Source: Adineta vaga
Taxonomy: Eukaryota; Animalia; Rotifera
Direction of reading: 5' to 3'
Length of the DNA stretch: 64,000 bases
NCBI GenBank assembly: GCA_021613535.1
Contig: CP075496.1
Coordinates: forward strand, 12,028,001-12,092,000
Position numbers and translations under genes: made by a program. Under the pieces are notes generated by a model that saw only the letters and a program-made list of their open reading frames with translations, did no database searches and was not told the origin of the DNA. Below are positions 1 to 15,200 of this stretch, one piece after another. The number at the start of each line of letters is the position of its first letter. The first letter of the stretch is position 1.

Positions 1-207
1 TTTTGTTTTCCTTTTTATAATCAACAAAATAAATAAAGGATATAGTTTAAATAACGAATAACAAAGCTTTAAACAATCGAAAACAAAAGGACAGAGAGAA
101 AGAGAGAGAGAGACAGACAGAAAGAGAGAAAACACCAATTACATAGTCACACACGGAGATAAAAACAAACGAACAAAATTTCTTTTTTTTCGGCAAGAAC
201 ATAATGT

Positions 208-3200
208 TTATTTCACTGTTGTTCTTACGATAACATCGTCTAATAAATCATCTAAGCATAATCGAATATCACTTTCAGTCAAATCAGCAGTCGATGGACA
301 TGAACATCTACTCATTGGTTCTATAAGTGAAGATTCAAGAAACAAGTCAGGATCTTGACAGGCTTCTTGTAAGTTTTGTATATCATGTGTAACTTCCCTA
401 AAACAAATAAACATTTTAATAATGAAATTCTATCGAAATTATCCTTTACCATTGACTATCACATGATGAACATTCAAAACCGACTTTATATTTCCATTTT
501 GATGAACGACGAGCATGATTTTCAATGAGATTATGATGTAAATCTTTCATTTGATTTTCTAATAAACCAAGACAATCACGGATTGCACCGAGTGAACTAA
601 TATACGAACGAATATAAATTGAAGAAGAACTCAATTTTGTATATTTCACTTACTTTGTTACTTTTTCTTCTGCTTCTGTATCCGTGATTAATCGTTGTAT
701 TTCATCGATATCAATTATTGAATTCTATCAGAACAGAATCGATTAATTTTATGCAAAAAAAAAGTCAAATAAATTCCTTACTTGTTTGAATAAATGTTGA
801 TTATCAATTAATGGTCGAATCATTTTACAGAATTTACCCAATCGTGTTTCCAATTCTTTTCGTTTTTCTTGACTTTGTTGATCCAATTGTTCATAACGTT
901 GAACATTATCAAGTGAAAACTAAAAAGAAAATCAATGCATACTGTTTTCTCTTAACAATTCAATAAAAGAATTTAAAAATAAAAAAGAACAAGACAAGTT
1001 AATATGCAAAACGTGCAGATAGGCATTTTAAAAAACAAACAAACAAATAGATCATATTTTATTATATGTTAGGTTTTTTGTTCAATTTTACTAAAATCAA
1101 TCATATTAAAAACAGCATACAAGAAAGAAACACATAAATATATCACCGAATCAAACGAAGAATAGTTTAGATTTAGCTAATTGTCATAATGAAAATATAA
1201 ATAAAAAGAATAAGAGAGAGAGAGAGAGCCGTGAGTTTGTCTATTGTTCAAGCAATGTACGTGCATGAAGATTTTCATAAACATCCCATGTAAAGCACGG
1301 AATTGATGATATGTTAGTAAAATGTAGTAGTAGAGGAAGAAGAAGAAGAAGAAGAAGCATGATCATTGCAACTGTCCATTGAGCCTACCTGATTGGCTTT
1401 GATTGCTTCTTGTAATTCAAGTTGATGAGCTTTAGTTGTATAATCAAGTTTTTCTTTTAATGCATTTAATTCACGTTCCTTCAATTCAAGTAATTCACGA
1501 AGATTCTATAAAGAAAAAGATATTATTCATCTTTTTCTTCGAGAGAAAGCATTTCTTTTACATTAGTTGAACTATTATCTGTTCGGTTAGTCTCACGTTT
1601 GAGATCAACTATTTCACGTTCCAATTGTTGTATTCTCACTTGATCACATTGAAGATCTGCTTTAAGACGATCAACTTCCAAACGATATTGTGTTTCACTT
1701 ATACGTAATCTGAATAAGAAATTAACAGATATTTACTCCTTATTTCATCATCTCAATTTCATTACCTGTCTGTTTCAGCTTTAAGTATTGTGAACTCTTG
1801 ATTTTTAACATTCATTTCATGTTGAATATGTTTAAATTGAATTGTATATGTTTCTAATTGTTTCTTCAATTTTTGATTTTGTATACGAATACTCTTTAAC
1901 TAAATAAAATCACAACGACACATTTCTGTGCGAATAATATTCTTTAAATCAATCGAAATATCTTACTTTTCGTTCAGTATCCATCAATCTTTGTTTTATA
2001 TAGGGATCATTACTATCTATGATAAACGATGATGGTTCACTACCATCAAATGTTCTCTCTGCAACTTCATAAGTTAACCATTTTAATGTTAAATAACAAA
2101 TGTCTGTATCAGAAGATGCATTTTCATCAGTTGTTTTTACGGAAGAATAAGATAATAATGATAGATGTTGATTTTCTTGTTTAAGTCGTTCATTTTCTTG
2201 TGTATAATCATGTGTTAAACGTTCAAATTTTAATATAATTTCTTTGAGTTTTTTATTTTCGACTTGAATTTGTTTAACAAATTGTTTCAATTGTTCACTT
2301 TCTTTTGACCAAGCTAACATTTCTTGTTCAAATACTCGACGTGAAATACGTTGATCCGAAGGTGTTGATCTATTTCATTAAAACAAAAAAGAAATGCATG
2401 CATCTTTTTTTTGGGGGAAATCTATTTACGGTTGTTGCTCATTTTCTGTTTGAATTTCTACATGTTGTTTCAATGGTTGATGAGCTAATTGTTTGATTTG
2501 TTCCATAAGAGAAACTCGTTCACGAAGTAGAACATCAATTTGACATTGACAATCACTTAATCGAGTTTCAATCAAACTACTAATAAAAGAAAAATAAATG
2601 AATTGATTATTGTTTGTTTTGTATTTGAGAAAGAAGGAAAAAGAAAAAAGAAATATACTTTTCATTATTAAAATCAGTTTGTGATTCGATTTCATTTGAT
2701 GATTTAGTTGTAAATTGCTCTCTAGCTACGTTTTGTTCTTCAATTAAACGATCAATTTCTCGTTGATAAGTCAATCCATTCTCATAAAGTCGTTCTCTTA
2801 ATCCATCGATTTCTTTCTGATGTTCTTCAATCATTGATAAACTAAACAACAAAATATTTCAATAATTACGAATAAATTCTGAAAATCTTGTACCTCAATG
2901 TTTGATTATGATTGATATTGGAATTCATATCTTCTGCAGTCATTGAACGAACATTTTCAGTATTTAGTTGACGTGTATCAAATGAACTAAAAAGACAACG
3001 AAACGAAGGAGTTCAACATTCTTTTCTTATCTAGCTTTTTCTTCTTATCGTTCACTCGTCATAAGTATAAATGATAATAAGGATTACATCATTCTATAAG
3101 TTACCTTTGCAAATCATTGATTTCTTTCTGGAAACTTTTTATAATAATTATAAGTTGATTCAAATCTTCGGCTATATCACCAGTTGATTGAGGAAAGAGA

Positions 3201-6200
3201 TGTGGATTTTCAGTCACAATTTGATGAAGATCATGTGCAATATGATGTATTAAACTATCAGTTGATGTCGGAGACATAGCAGATTGTTGAACGGCATGTT
3301 CATCTGTAGATAGTTGAATGATAGAATTTTGATCATCCCAATCATTTCCTGATGGTTCTTCTGATAGTGATGAAGCGATATTTCTTAGAGCACCAAATAA
3401 ACGACTAGTCACTGATGCTGGTCGATGTTCTGATGCATCGGATACGTCTTGAACAGATGGTGGTCTATCCAGAAGTAATTCACATTGAACTTCAACATCA
3501 TGAAAGTGAACTCGTTCATCAGCACAATGAATAGATTCTGTAGACCAATCATTCCAATGTTCTTCATTAGATGTTTGTTTTGAATGAATCTCTTGTGTAC
3601 GTTCACTATATTCCGATTGAGTCTTACGAGCAATGACTGTTGGAGATGAAACTGATTCTTGAGGTGTTATTTGACGATCATTTTCAGCCTGTTGTCGATA
3701 AAGTTCAAATGAATTTTCTAATTGTTGAACAACATGCTGTAAATGTTCTTCGGACTCATGAAGTTCAGTTTGTAATAAACCAATTTGTGTTGCTTGACTT
3801 TCGACGGTATGAATTAAATGATCAAGACGTTCATTTGTTTCCTCACCGATATTAATAAAAAGATCAGGTCGTTCAAGAGCAATTCGTTGAATTTTTTCTT
3901 TTATTGTTTGTAGAGCACGTTTTAATTTATTGTTTAGTTTAACAAGTTTCTCATTTTGATGATCACCGGTTTGTTTGTCATTATCAGTTGTTACAGGAGT
4001 TGATGAAGTATTCTTACGTTTCTCTTCTAAGAGAATTTCACGTTCACGAACAAGATTTTCAATTTGCTTCTCATAATTCATTAATTGTTGTTCTGTTTCT
4101 CGTCTGAAATAAATAATTGATTCATAATGAATCATATGTATCGAATATTTTTACCCTAATTTATCAAGTTCTGCTTGTAAATATATATTTGAATCTAATT
4201 GTGACAAGAGATTCATATATTTTTCACTAACATCTTGTCGTCTCTTGGTTTGTTGTTGAAGAACTTCTTTTCGTGTTGATGTACTATATGAATAGAACAT
4301 TCCATGTGAGTATGATAAGGCAAGTATACTTTGAACTTACTCAGTATTTGGATCGGTATAAATTTGTTGTTGTTTCAATGTAACTAATTCATTTTGCACT
4401 TTTACCATTTCAAGTTGGCTAAAATAATCATTTTTCAAAATATTTTTTCAGAATAATAGATAAAATTTTTACTTTTCTTCACATTGAACTTCATGTTGTT
4501 TAATTAATCCATCTCTTTCTTGCATAAGCGATTGTATTTGTTGTTCATAGATGGACAATGTTGATGCACATTCATCTAATGTTTTTCGAAATTCACGTTC
4601 AACATCAGTTAATCGATTGCGTATGAGAGTTCGTTCATCTTCATTCGCAGAAAGTTTCTCACGAAGATGATTGATTTGTTGTTGTTGTTGATGTTGCTGC
4701 TGGTGTTGTTCACTTTCGAAAACAGATGAACTACAATATTGAAATGATCACGAGATAATATTAATGATAGAATGAAATCATTTTTCAAACCTAATATATG
4801 TTGAAATTTCAGATGGAGAAGTATCGGTCATTTGCTCTTCTATTTTATCCGATGGATGATTAGTTGCAATTTGATGTTGAAATACTTCCAATGCACTAGC
4901 AGATAAAGAACACATGTTTTTTTTAAGATCGACTCGTTTTTGTTTTTTGCAATGTCTTTCATACTTTTGTAATTCTCGTATTTCATCACGAAATTGTTCT
5001 TGTGATTGATCAAGTTCCAGTTGTAATGAATTAATCTGTGATGTTTGATGATCAACAAAGGAAATCAAATGATCAAGACGATCATTCGTATCTTCACCAA
5101 TATTTGCAAATAATTCAGGTTTTTCAATTGCTACACGATGAACTTTATCTTTGATTGTTTGTAAAGCACGTTTCAATTTATGATTGACTTTTGAAAGTTT
5201 CTCATGATGTTGATCATTGGATCGTTTCTCATCATCGATTTGTGCTAATAAAATAGCATTCTTTTCGGCTTCATCTACAAGAATTGAACGTTCCTGAAGG
5301 AGATTTTCAATTTGACTTTGATAATCAGCTAATCGTTCGTCAGCTTCTTTCCTGTAATTGAAACAGAAGTTGATTAATAACTTCAATGAACAATTAATAC
5401 CAACTAATTACCTTTGTCTTTCAAATTCTTCACGTGATTCTATGAAGGCGGAAAGAGCCATGTAACGATCAGTAAGTTCTCGTAATTCCTTGGACTGTTG
5501 TTGAACAACATCTTCTAATGATTTTACACTGATAATAAAGAGAGAGAAAATGAATACACAAACGTTGTATTATTGATAAGTTACTTGGTATGAGAAGTAG
5601 AATCTTTACGGACTGTTGCTGGAGATTGTTTTAATTCGTCTTGTAAATGTGCAATCTCGTGTTGACTAAATAGAATATATTGAGAAAAGAAAACAATAGA
5701 AAAATCAATGAAAACTTTAGTTTTACCTTTCTGCTGCTCGAATTGCATGTAATTCAATAACTGCATTTCTTTCTTTTATCAGTGATTTTAATTGTTCTTC
5801 ATATTTAAAAATGGCTGATGTATGTTCATCAGATCTTGTTTTCAATTCGTGTTCAACTTCCGTCAAACGTTGACGGAGTTGATTTTGTTCATCTTCATTT
5901 GCTGTGAGTTTTTGTCGTAATCTTTTCATCTGTTTATGCTGATCTCTCGTAGGTGATGAACTAGAATAATTAATGATGTTTACATGAGATAGTTGTTTTT
6001 TTCGTCTACCTTGTAGTAGTTATATGGTCTATTGTTGGAGCTTCAAAAACGAGATGATCCGATACTATCGGTTCGTTAGAGTCTGCCTGATTTTGATATC
6101 TTTCCAATGAGCTATAGAATATACAGATAAAAGAAGCTTTGATCATAATTGTATGTCCTACTTTTGTAACTGTCGAATTCGTTCATCATAATGTTCTTCA

Positions 6201-9200
6201 GATTCAGTCAATTCTGCTTGTAACAAATCAAGCTTGTTGCTTGATGTTCGACTGTATAAAGTAAATGATCAAAACGTTCTGTGGTCTCTTCACCGATATT
6301 AACAAATAGATCAGGTCTTGCAATAACCAATCGACAGATTTTATCTTTGAATGCTTGCAATGCACGTTTGAGTTTGCTGTTTAATTTAACAAGTTTATCA
6401 TGTTGTTGATCGCCAGTTTGTTTTTCATTTTCAATCGGTAATGTGTTATTCTTTTGTTTTTCTTCTAACAGTTGTAAACGTTCACGAGTAAGAAATTCGA
6501 CCTGATCTTTATAGCTCGTTAATTGTTCTTCAATTTCTTTCCTATATCAACAAATAGATGTTGAGTATTTTTGTAAGAAATGATGCTCAAATAATTACTT
6601 TTGTTTTTCAAGATCGTTTTGTGTATCGACTTGAGATGAAAGGACAAAATATCGATCACTAAGATCTCGCAGTTCATCTGATTGTTGTCGGATTACTTCT
6701 TGTAATGATTTTATACTAAAATAACATCGGACAAAATTTTCACTATATTCTTCAAATGATGGATAACTCACTCTTCTTGTGATGAATCATTCATTTGAGT
6801 TGTATTGGAAGATTGTTTGAGTTTATTCAATTGTTCTTGTAATTGTTCTATCTCATGTAATCTAGATGAAACCAATTAATGAACTAGGAAAATAATATCT
6901 ATGAAGAAGCTGTTTCTTACTTTTCTGATAAGTGCAGTGCATGTTCTTCGACAACAGCATTTCTTTCTTTTACAAGTGATTCAAATTGTTCTTCATACAT
7001 ATGAATAGTTGATGCATGATTATCCGTTGATTTTTTCAGTTCAAGTTCAACTTCATTCAAACGTTCACGAAACAAACTTCGTTCATCTTCATTTGATGCA
7101 AGTTTTTGTTGAAGTTGATTGATTTGTTTTTGACAATCTTCGATTATTGATAAACTAAAATAAATTTCTCGATATATTAAATTACAAAGAGAATCTCTAT
7201 AACTTTTTATCATCGGATGTTGAAGTATGTGGTTGTGTTTGTGTTGAACGTTCATGATCAAGTTCATCTTGATTTGTTTTTAACAAACTACAAAAAAAAG
7301 TCAATCTGTTGCCAATCATGTTTTCTTTTATTTACCTTCGCAATTCATCGATCTCTCGTTGCGCTCGATCATATTCAGCTTGTAAATTATCAATATAAGT
7401 TGCTTGATTTCCAATAGTACTAATCAAACATTCAAGTCGTTCAATCGTATCATCATTTGTTTCGAAAAATAGATCGGGCCGTTCAACAACTGCTTGATAG
7501 ATTTTATCTTTAATTGTTTGTAAAGCACGTTTTAATTTCGTATTGACTTGTGTCACTTTATCGTAAGGTAATTCATCAGTTTGGGCTTCATTATCAATAG
7601 TATGGCTTGTTTGTGGCGTAGGAATATAGCCGAATACACGATCTGTGAAAGTGAGTGGTTCACGATCTTTAACTGTTACATTTTCTCTTTGCTGCTCTTG
7701 TTGTTGTTGTTGTTCGGGAGCAATAGCAGTTTGTGTAGAGTTATCGGATGAAGTTCGATGTTCTGACGATGCCCTATTTTATCGAAAGAAAGATGAAAGG
7801 TTTGTTCAAATGTAATTCACTAAACATACATATCAGAATTGGATTGTATTTCTTGAATATCATCTTCTAATTGTTTATTACGTTCAAGAAGACTATCACG
7901 TTGGGATGAAAGTGCTCGAATTAGATTTTCATATTCATTGATATCAACATTTCGTTCACTAAAATAAAATTCAAATAGAAATCATATTCAATTCTTTGAA
8001 AATAATCAAACCTGTGTTTCAATTTCATTTCTGTCTCTTCAAGTTTATTCAATAATTCTTCACGTTCATTTTGAAATTCTTCAATTTGTATTGCTTGATT
8101 TCCAATTGTAACAATCAAATGATCAAGACGTTCAATGGTATCTTCACTCACTTCCGAGAATAATTCTGGTTGTTCTTCAACTGCCTGATGTATTTTTTCT
8201 TTGATTGATTGTAAAGCACGTTTAAGTTTCGTATTTACTTGCATTAATTTCTCTTGTACTTGTTCATCTGTTTGTGTTTCAGCGTCCATGGTTGGTTTGA
8301 ATGCATGTTCACTTGTTACCGTAGTCATATTATCATCTTCGGATGCAATTTCAAACGTTGACATTTGACTATTCCAATCATTCTCTTCAGATTCGGCTAG
8401 ATCAGTCTGAATTGTACTATCAACTTCATGTTCCATGCCTGCTTGACCTGAACTATAGATTGTTGGTGATTGAAGTGAACAATGAATACCAATATCATGA
8501 GTTGATGAATCTAAAAGAAAGAATTCTTTATCTAAATATTTTTAAAAGATAATTACAATACCAGAATCGTTTTGGTGTAAACTACTCTGATGTTTTTGTG
8601 AATGTACACTGCTATCATGCTCCATTTGCGAAATAATAGTTTTTAATCTTTTGATTTCATCATCTTTAGATAATTTTTCTAAATTCGATTCATTTGTTGA
8701 TGGATGTCGAAGTGTATTTTCTTCTTCCCAATCGTTATTCCAAGATGAACTTTCAGTATGCGTTGGTCGATGTTCATCCGACAAATGACATTGAATCTCA
8801 ACATCATGTACTTCTTTCGCTGTTGTAGGTTCTAAATAAAATCATTTGTACATAAGGTACAAATTTCAATGAATTTTCTTACCATCATCTTGTAATTTTC
8901 GTTGATACATTTGTGAATTATATTCTTTTAGTAATTCATTTTCGTTAATAAGCTCATCATAATCTTGTTTTAATTGTTCATAATCATCAACGGAAACTTT
9001 CTCTTGAATTTCTGCTAATTGATGTAAATTTGTTTTTAATTTGTCATTTTCTTGATGTAAATTAAATAGATTAAATTCGAATTGTTTTTCACGTAGTGAA
9101 TACTGTTCAGCTAAATCAGCAACTGATTTTTTCGAATCGAATCGTTCAAGTTCACTTTGTTCAAGTAATTCATCATATTTATTTTGTAATTTATCATAGA

Positions 9201-12200
9201 TCTTCTTATTTGAATTCAATTCTTCACGACATTTTTCTTCTAATGAATGATATTTTTCCATGTGATCAAGTTTTTCATTATTAATTAATTCATATTCTTG
9301 TTTTAAAGCACGAATTAATGTTTCATTATAGAGATGTTTTGCATCATCAGTTAAATGTTGATTGTAAAGTAGATGAACAGTAAGTAGAGCAAGATGATTT
9401 AATTCAAGATCAGCATAGGATAATGTTGATAAGTTTTGTTTCGATAAAATCTGTTGACATTCTTTTGCAAGACGATCAGAAAAAGCGTCAGATGGAAGAG
9501 TAGAAAGTTCATCCATATAATCTCTCAAACGTTCATCATCATCCTCAACATTATAAAGATTTCTTTCTTCCGACTAAATAAAGACAAGTATTCAACAACT
9601 TTGTTAAAATTGAAAGAACTTACTTCAGCTAATATTTGTTCGAAAGATTCAGTTTGACTTGTTTGATCAATCATTTCGATACGATCAATTTGTGTTTGAT
9701 GATTAGCAAAGGTTAATCGATTCGTTTCTACAGCAATGTGAACATTTTCTGAGACGACAGTTGTTTGTGTTGCCATGTCTCTTCGTTGAGAAAATTTCTC
9801 TTGTTGTTCTTCAAAATGATTATGGATTTGATGAGCAACTTCGGTCAATGTGCTAGTTGGAGTAAGAGCAATCCAAGTTTGTAATTTACTGACGAATGAT
9901 TCGAGTTCATCTTGATTTGTTTGCGTTATTTCAACAAGTTGTGAATTAATCGAATCAAAATCAGCTCGAATCTGACACATTTCTTCGTTTTCGACAGGAA
10001 TGTTTAATGAATGATTCTCAGTCTAAACAACAAAAAGAATAATTTGAGAACAAACAGTCAAACAACAAAATTAACTTACCACTTCATCGATAGTACTCAA
10101 TTCTGCAACGGAATGATGACCCAAAACTATGGAACGATCATCTAGTTGATTATTTATTTCTTCCTTTTCTGAAGCAAGTTGTTTATTAGTTTTTTCAAGT
10201 TCGTCGTATTGACTTTTAAGTGTGGCTAATTCTTGATTTAGATCAGTATTACTCTCTGACATAGATCGTTCATCTGATTGTGTACCAACTGTTTCTTCTA
10301 GAAATCAAATCGAATAAAATGAATAACAAAAGAAGAATCAATAATCGAAATTCAGTTACCTGATCGGAATATATCACTAGCCTCTTCTAATTCAGTATAC
10401 TTTTTATTGAATTCATCACGTTCTTTTAGAATAGAATCAATAATTACTTGTGCCATCTCGTCCAATGATTTATTCTCATCTATCGGTACATAATCAACAA
10501 GTTTTACTCGAAAACTATCTATTTGATTTTGTTGATATGATTGCCATGCACGATTTGCTTCTTCAAGTTGAGCACATTGACTAGCCAACAATTGAAAACT
10601 TTCTCTTAGTTCACGAAGCTCTTCTGATTCTCTGTCATTACCAATACCATTACGTTCAGTTGACATCTAAATAAGAGAAATGACTTATAGTTCACCCTCA
10701 ATCGACAAACAAACCTGTGAGAATGGTTGTTTCATTGATTCTGATGAACCTGTTTCTATAACAATAATGCAACGTGTATTTCATCGTCTTTGTCTAAACA
10801 ATCAGTAATCTTACCCATCGATTGCTTTTCAGCATCGAGTTGATCATATGCTTCTTTCATTGCTAATAACTCGCGATTCAGTTCATCCACTGTGTTCACA
10901 TATGATTCACGGATCGTTTCAACATTTCTACTATTTTCTATATTTAAAACAAATGAGAGACAGATGACATATTGCGTAGTGGTGCTAGTCGAAGAATTAC
11001 CTGATCGAAGTTCTTCGTTCGTTCTTTCGAGTTGTGCATATCTATGATGAAAGTCTTCTGTTTGTTTTCTGAGTTGTTCGACTATCTGTTGAATAAGGTC
11101 ATCAAGTGAACTACTGGAATCAGTAGATAGATATGAAGCAAGTTGATTTCGAAGATTATCGATTTGTATCTGTTGGGATTGTTTTGTTTGTTCGAGTTCA
11201 TCAGTGAGTGAAGCAATTGTTGTTTGCGCATCTTCGGATACTGCAGAATCTAGAAGAAGGAGATATACACTGAATATAGTAAATCTCAAGTAAAATAGCT
11301 TACCATGCATTTGCTGAGTTCTATCTCTGAGACTATGAAGTTCTTCGTTCAACGTATTGATAGTATTCACATATGCTTCTTTCATGTTCTCTAAATTAGT
11401 TCTTGATTCTATACAAAACAAAGTTTACAAACACATCATTGCAAAATCAGAAATACTTGATCGAATACCTGTATGAAGAGTATCATTTTGTTGTTGAAGT
11501 TCATGATATCGTTGATTGAAATCATCTCTTTCTTTGCCAACATATCCAATGATTTGTTGTGCAGCTTGATCTAGAGATGAAGTTTCGTCGATGGGTAGAA
11601 TATCGTGCATGAGATTGGCAAATGTTTGAAATTGAGCTTGATGATATTGTTGCCATGCTCGATTGGCTTCATCAAGTTGTGCGCATCGTGATGTGAGAAG
11701 ATCAAGATCATCACGTAGTTGCTGAAGTTCATGTTGAGAAACAGGAGAAGGTGCAGCTTGATTCAATGACACATTATGAACTTGTGCCTGGAACGAGTAG
11801 AAGTTTACAATGCGCAAAAAGTTAGAGAAAAAAATACAAACTTCTCGAATATTTCTATCGTAGGATCGTCGTTGTTGCATTCGTTTTTCACTTTCTGTCG
11901 ATCCAGGACGTTCTAAATTTCAAGAAAACATTCGCAGTTAAATGTAATACATCGAAAATATAGAATTACCTAGTTGTTGTTTTTGTAATTGAATTTCATC
12001 TTTCAATAGATCGTTGTGTCGCATAAGATTATCTCGTTGATCATTCAATTGACTGAAATAACTCATGATGTGTTGACCAATAAAATCTAACGAAGTATTT
12101 TCCATCGATTGCAATGATGGAATTTGTTCTTGTAATTTTTGTTTCAATGTTTCAATTTGGTCAAATTGATATTTTTGCCAAGCACGATTTGCTTCTTCTA

Positions 12201-15200
12201 ATGTTGCACAATGTGCTGAAGAAGCTAATAAATCAGCTCGTAATTGACGTATTTCTTGATCACGATCATGATCAATATTATGAATACCAACATTCTACAA
12301 TATATAAAACAAGATGTCAAAATTTCCTATACAAAATTAAACTACAAACTTCTCTCGGTGATTCAATACGTTGAACGAATGGACTAACTGCTATTTGATT
12401 TACTCGTTGTTCCATATCGTTTATTTTCATTTGTAATTGTTGATTTTCTAACATCAGAGAATCATTATGTTGTTGTAAATGAGATAATTGTTCTGGATTA
12501 GTATTCGATAAATGAAAATTATTGATTTGTTGTAACTGTTCTTCAACTTGTTTCTCAAGTTGTTCTTTCGATAATAATAATTGAGCATTATTAGCACGAT
12601 AATCTTCGCATTGTTTATAAACATCGACTAGTTTTTGATTTAATTGATCGACATGTTCATTGTGTTTCTGCATAGTATCAGCTGTTGTACTTGAATCTAA
12701 ATCAAAATTAAGATATTCGAGTGAGTTTACCGAAGAAAAAAAAACATCTGAAATTTAAAGTTTGTGATAGATACCTAATTGACTCTCGGTTTTTACATCG
12801 TCTATAACGTTAATGATTGTTTGTGCTATTTGTTCCAAGTCGGAATCGCTTTCCAATGGAATAAAGTCTTGTAGTTTATTGCGAAACATATCGAGTTGAT
12901 TTTGATGATATTGTAACCAAGCATGATTAGCTTCATCTAATTGCGAACATCGAGCTGTAACAACTGATAAATTCGTGCGTAATTGTTGTATTTCTTCTTC
13001 TAGATCAGTAGAAGTTGTTGATTGAACCGGAGTAATGTGATGTATTTGTGCCTGAAGAAAATCAGAAAAATACAATACTAAAAATGAACTGGATATTGAA
13101 CTAACTTCTGAAATCGGTGTATGACGAACTTGTCTTGACATATCCGAAGGACTCGATGATCGTTCTCGATCAGTTAAACTTTGAGTACTACTAATAAGTA
13201 AATCATTCTTTCGTTGATATTCTTCGTTTTGTTGTTTAATGTGTTCATTTTCATCCGTTAGATTTTGTAAACGATTATTTAATGATTCGATGAAATGTTG
13301 ATTATCTTTTAATTGTTTTTTAAGAGAATCAAAGTTATTAACAATTGACTCTAAAATATTCAAAGAAAATTCATCCATAGATTTTTTCGAATAAAATTTT
13401 TTTTACCTGTTTGACTATTGTCAGTAAATTGACTTATTTGTTCAAATTCATCGACGATAATTTGAATTATTTCATCGAATGTTGAATTATCATTAAAACT
13501 AATATAATCTTTCAATTTATTTTTGACGACATCAATTTGTTGATTATAAAATAATTGCCAAGCACGATTAGCACTATCTAATTCTCCACATTGATTTTGT
13601 AATAAAACTAAATCTTCTTTCATTTTAATATCTGAAAAGAAAAAAAAATGATTTCACAATAATAGAAATATGAAATCGAATGTTGAGAGGAATTTTCTTA
13701 CCTTCCATTTGACTTTCTTCTCGTAATTGTACATAACGATGATTTAGTTCACGCTCATTTTCTTTACTAGAATCAAGTTCTTTAGTTAATTGATTTACAT
13801 GTGCAATAATTTCTTGAATAGTATCTTCAAGAGATGTTTTATTGGAAAATGGTAAAAGATTTTTAAGTAATTCAAGTTGTTTCTGTTCAAATTGTTGCCA
13901 TGAACGAATAGTTTCATCCAATTGATTCGTGAGAGAAGTTAGATTTTCACGAAGTTCAGACTAAAACAAAATCATATTTTAATTAATCTTTAAATAAGCT
14001 ACAAACCATTTCAGCTTGTTGTTGTTGTTGTTGAGCAGCATCGACATTTTCAGAATCTAAAAAGTGCACATATGTGAAAAGTAAAATCGGATATAAAATA
14101 GAAATATTTTTACCAGCAGTTTGAGTATTTTGATGTTGATTATTAGCTGCAGTTTGCTTTTCTAATTGATGAAGTAACGTTTCTTTTTCATGAAGTAATT
14201 TTTGATATTGTTCTTGTATAGCATTTAATTCCATGTTCTCTTTGATAGATTCTAAATTCAATCGATAGAAATCGTAAGTAATAAGAAAATGATCTACCTG
14301 ATTGAAGATCAGTATTTGTTTTTTCAAAAATTAGATATTGTTTATTGTAATCATTTCGTTCTTTAGTTATTTGATCAACAATTTGTTGTGCGATATCATC
14401 ATATGAAGCATCGTTGTCAATATGTATACAATCCTGTACTTTTACACGGAAATCAGTAAGTTGACTTTGATGATATTCTTGCCAAGCACGATTGGCTTCA
14501 TTCAATAAGGCATATTGTGAGGTAAGATCTTCAAACTTTTTTCGTAATTCTCGAAATTCATCTGATTCTTGTTCGACGTCTGCCGTAGTTGAATGAATTG
14601 GAACCTAAAACAAAAATAAGAGATAAGTATTAAATCTCAGTGCAGAAGAATGCAACAAACATTGTAGAGTGCATTGCTTGGTGGCGATTCTACAATGAAA
14701 ACAAAATATTAGGAGACATAAAATGGTAACAGAAGTATAACATAAATTACTTCTTAAAAGCTTATTTTGTTCTTGACTGAAATCAATAGATTGCTTTTGT
14801 AATTGTTGATTTAAATCTTCTTTTTCAATAGTTAGTTGTTTGCACTGTTCTTTGATACTGAGTAATTCTTTATTCAACTCATCAACAGTATTAACGTAAG
14901 ATTGTTTGATTGTTTCGAGATTAGTTGCTGATTCTATGCAAATATAAAGTATGACATTCATGATATTAGGAAGTCTTATAACACACCTGATCGAACTTCA
15001 TTATTTGCTTGTTCTACTTCAGCGTATCTAAAACTAGAATCCGCACGTTCTTTTAGAATAAAATCAGAAATTGTTTGTGCCATTTGCTCAAACGATCCAT
15101 TCTCATCAATCGGTACATAATCAACAAGTTTCGCTCGAAAACTATCTATTTGATTTTGTTGATATGATTGCCATGCACGATTTGCCTCTTCAAGTTGAAC

